Assembly (NCBI GenBank): GCA_036172245.1
Contig: JAYWIR010000038.1
Span: 868,001-932,000 of the forward strand
DNA from: Raillietiella orientalis
Lineage: Eukaryota
Direction of reading: 5' to 3'
DNA length: 64,000 nt
The notes beneath the pieces are model-generated. The model searched no databases. It was given only the letters and a program-made list of their open reading frames with translations, and was not told the DNA's origin. Each line of letters starts with the position of its first letter. Position 1 is the stretch's first letter. The translations under genes were made by a program, and so were the position numbers. Shown here one piece after another: positions 60,001 through 64,000 of the stretch.

Positions 60001-63000
60001 GAAAACCTCGTTTTCTGGGGGAGGGGGGGGGGACACCTTTCGCCGGATGACCATCGCTGTCAATTCCCACATCATCCGTACCAGAGCTTTCTTTCTATTT
60101 GTGGAGCAGCGGCTCCTGCGGGGAGAGGCGACGGAGACGCAGCGCTCCGAATTCCCTTCCAGGGAAACACCGAAGACGAGAAACGGGAGGCGAGGAATGT
60201 GTGCGTGTCCCCCTTCATCAAATGCTCCTCACTTTCCTGAGAACAGCCGAACGGGAACCGGTGGAGCTTCCCGAAGGAACGGCGGAAGAGGTGAACGAGC
60301 GAAATGCCTTGGAGGGAACGAGAGAGCGATCACCGACCGAACCTCGCCGACCCCAGGAATGGCAGTCATTCGCGCAAACGAAAGCACGCGTTACGTAACT
60401 CATTCGGCGAGCGTGCTGCGTCTAAGCAGGAGCTCCGCAACCCGCTTACGGGAGGAGGAGGAAGCGGACGCTTCCTTACCGAATCCGAGATCAAGGCAAA
60501 AACTGACAAAATTCTGTACCTTTTTCGTTTCGTTTTTCTTTGCCTTCTCTCTCTCTCTCTCTCTCTCTCTTTTTCTTTCTTTTACGGAATCATCTTCGGA
60601 CTGTCGTCCTTCGAGGAGAATATGGAAACCCCCGTCAGGGACGTCGTTAGGCTGGAAGACCCAAGAGATGAGGCGCGTTTTTTTATATTATCTTCTCTGT
60701 ACGTGAAGCGTCCATTTCTGCTACTCGGCATGATGGCGACCACTGAAACGACAAGACGTTCCTCAACATGATGCCGCCGCGCTACCAGAATCATCATGCA
60801 AAACGAACGCTCATTATCGGATCGCTGATCCGAAAAAGATACGAGAGGTCACACGTCCCGGAGGATGCTGCAAAGCGAGAAGTTTGCCTTCTGAGGACGG
60901 GAACTGCATTGGTAAGCAACACAGAGTGACGCGGAATGAATCGGAATCAGATATAACTCTCTGGGTGCTTCTTGGCCGCGCATCCACCGACTACCGTGCA
61001 TGTGGTTGAACTGGCCGATCACTCGCACGCGCGCGCAAGCACGCGGCCGAATCATCACGATGCCGCCATCGCCGTGCAACAGAGTTGAGAGCAAAACTGG
61101 ATAATCAGACTTCAGTTCGATCGATCGGTAACGCACCCTTCCTCTGTGTGTGGAATGTGCCGATCAGGAGAGAAATGGGAGAAGTGGGCGAAACGGGGTG
61201 GTGGCGTCGCGAAAACTTCTTCATTCCACTCCCTGTGTCAATTCGGCCCGAAACAAACGGATCCCACCCGAGCATCTTCGCTAGAGCCGCTCCCATGGGA
61301 ACGTGGGCCGAGGCCAAATCCTGCTCGTCACGTGACCAGCTCGAAGCAAAACAGCCCGATCTTGCAGCTGCCTAGAAAGTCTTGGAGCGTTGGTAGCTTC
61401 TTTCGGTGGTGAGAATCTAAGAATACCAGAACACCTGGGGAAAGGAGGAGAGGTGGGGGGACGAGGAGCGCAGATCGGACTGACCAGAAACGCTTCCTCC
61501 CCCCTCCCCCAGGCAACGAGCATAGATAAACCTCGGAATCTCCCCTGGCTCAGCATCCGGTCCTCTCAGGTCATCAAGGGCCTCTAATATCGGAAAAATC
61601 CATTTGAAGAGACTGAATGCGACCTCGGAACAACATCCGCTCCTCTGAACCTGCGAGAAGTCACGCCTCCCCCACAGCGTTCTTCCACGCGAACTCCCAG
61701 GCGTTCCTCGGAGGACCTCCTAGGCCCCTCGTCCTCGTTCTCGTCTTTTTGGCAAAGGAAGCATATGTGTCTGTCCCCTCTTCCAGGAGATCGGACCGTC
61801 CCTGCGGAAAGCTGGGAGACTCTTTCTGGATCGCTCCCATCCGCTTCCGGTGATGTTTTCCCCTTCCACCTTTCCTCTACAGGAACAGGTTGGGAGGCGA
61901 GAGGGACAGAGGATGCAGGGTCTTTCTGCGAGTCACCACTGCGATCCCGGACCCGATCCGGGACGGCACGTGCTTATGCTTATCCCTTATGCTTCCTTAT
62001 GACTCCTTCTTCTCTCTTCCATACCTTCCCGTCTACTTCGGATCCCTATTAACACTCCATCAGGGAAACATCCCCCTCTCTTCTTGATTGTTGCTTGGAT
62101 CACCTCGACCGGCCCGACGTTGTTCGGGAATCCCTGGATAAGGGAGGTTGCGAAGTGGCGGGAAGGTCCACGTCTCGACGGACGGCGGCCACCGTGGAGA
62201 AATCCTCCGATGACCACGAGGAGGCTCCGAGTACCAAGGGCGGAAGACAGCAATGGCTGACTGACTCCTTTCTCACCCCCTGCTCGATAGGGACGGGCAA
62301 CCTTCTCCCGATCCGAAGTACGCGAAAGGGGACGTGCTGCCGCCGCCATCGCTCCCACCGGATGCGCCAGAGCATCTTCCTCCCCGCTTCCATTTCTCCC
62401 CTCCTCCTCTTCCCCTTTTCCGGCGGCGAGAGTTGCGGACGGCGCCGGTGGGTTTCCGGAGTTCTGCGACAGGAGGGAAACGAAGGCAGAGGAGGAGGAG
62501 GAGGAGGAGGAGGAAGAAAAAACACCGAAAAGAAGAAATGGCCAGGACAGGAAGGAGCAGGAACGGGACGCGGAAACCGCAGCTAGAGGGAACGAACGGG
62601 AGCACCCCACTGCGCGTGCGCGCTTGGAGGTTCGGCGTCTCCTCGCCCGCCCGCCATTGTCACGGCGCGCACTCGAATCCCGGCTCAAGCCTATCCCTTG
62701 TTGCCACCATCACCCCATTGTTCGCGAACAATCCCTAGGCCTGATCCGAGAACGGTTCCCGGTGTTAACAAGGCGCACTCCTGGATGCGCCTATCACGTC
62801 CCGGTTTCCTCTTTTTTCATCCAATCAATGGAAGATGAATAAAAAAAAGGAGAAAAAAAAAAAAAGGAAAGGAGGGGGGGGGGAGGACGCACGCACGCAC
62901 GCACGCTCGAGCGGGAGGGATCCCACCCAGGCATCGATAAAAAGAAGAAAGCGGGGAGGGGGAGAAGGAAAAGAAGAAAAAAACTCCGGGATGCGGAACA

Positions 63001-64000
63001 CGCGGTTTGGACGCAAACAATAGGCTCTTCCCGGACAATGGACGATCCCGGAGCCAATGATAGTACTCAGCGGCGTCTTGCGCGTGCCTACTGGGAGGAA
63101 AAAAGGGAAAGAAAAAAAAAACCCTGCAGGGAAAAACACGGCAACGAGGATAAAAGGAGCTGGTTGGCACGGGCGAAGGAGGAAACCATGAATGGCGGCG
63201 GAAGGACGAATGGGAAAAAAGGAAAGGGGGAATCCCCCCATTTATCTCGGGGTGCGCCCCGCGTTAATTTGGCCAACATACAAAATTAGGCGGCTTGCAA
63301 ATCGCGCGCGATTCGGGCCGTTCGTCCTCCGGGAAGCTGCCTGATCCAGCTGCTGACAAAGTTTTATTTATTGCCAGGAATCCATAAAGGCCGGCGGCAG
63401 CTTCTGCTCTCCCTACTCTCCCGACGGAACAAAACTCTCTCCGTGCCACAAAAAGGAAGGAGAAGAAAAGAATTGGGGCAACCGGGATGAAAAGCGAAGC
63501 TGCCGAAAGTGCGCGCGCGTAGCCGGCCCAGCCAACCAGCCAAGTCCGCTGGTTCCGCTGGTTAACGGTTTCCGCCGCCCCCCTCCCCCTCTCCCTGCCG
63601 TTGTTTTCCCCGTTCCTGCCGACCTCTCGGAAGGTTCGGGAGGATGGACGCCGCCTCGCCCTGAAACGGAGGAGGCGGGAGGGCGGGCGCGGGTTCCTCG
63701 GCCTCGCCAAGTTTTAACGCTCCCCGTCCTTCGAAACCGCACCGATCACACACACCAGATGTTAACTCTTTCCGCTCCTTTCTTCTTCGGTTTTCCCTTT
63801 CACCTCGCTTCCCGACCTGCCATATATCACGGGAAGGTCAGTCGAGTCTGCGGGATGCGCGCCGAAGCGAAGGAAGAGAGGAAACGAAAAGGAAAAGAAG
63901 GAAAAAAAAAAAAAAGAGGAGGAGAAGGCGAGGGAGAGAAAGGGTAGAGCCGCACGTTGCATCCAGAAGACGGGAAAAGCCACCGCGCCCCTGGGTGTCT

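Noticed and set aside
1..64000. CRISPR array, operon or prokaryotic defence system
   Set aside because: The sequence is eukaryotic with spliceosomal introns, and no regularly spaced repeat-spacer array was seen.

Overview
Eukaryotic (invertebrate animal, probably ecdysozoan) genomic DNA in two sharply different compartments. Bases 1 to about 7300 are AT-rich, and 1 to about 4900 are strongly CpG-depleted. This part carries the 5' portion of a minus-strand Gemin5 gene: 8 reconstructable coding exons, 857 codons, introns of 38-87 nt, with the gene apparently continuing off the left edge. From about 7300 to the end the sequence is GC/CpG-rich and full of microsatellites, and the only convincing protein-coding gene is a Krueppel (Kr) orthologue (35709-37361, minus). 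Also present are a 905-bp fold-back mariner derivative (13924-14828, TA-flanked), a tRNA-like Pol III head at about 11 kb, and candidate regulatory clusters upstream of Kr (Kr-type sites, CCAAT boxes, a possible ATG-only first exon). Almost all other long ORFs in the track are compositional artefacts. I found no new multi-gene system that I can support. The best leads are the homogenised mariner palindrome, the ultra-short intron, the CpG-domain boundary and a possible Kr autoregulatory module.
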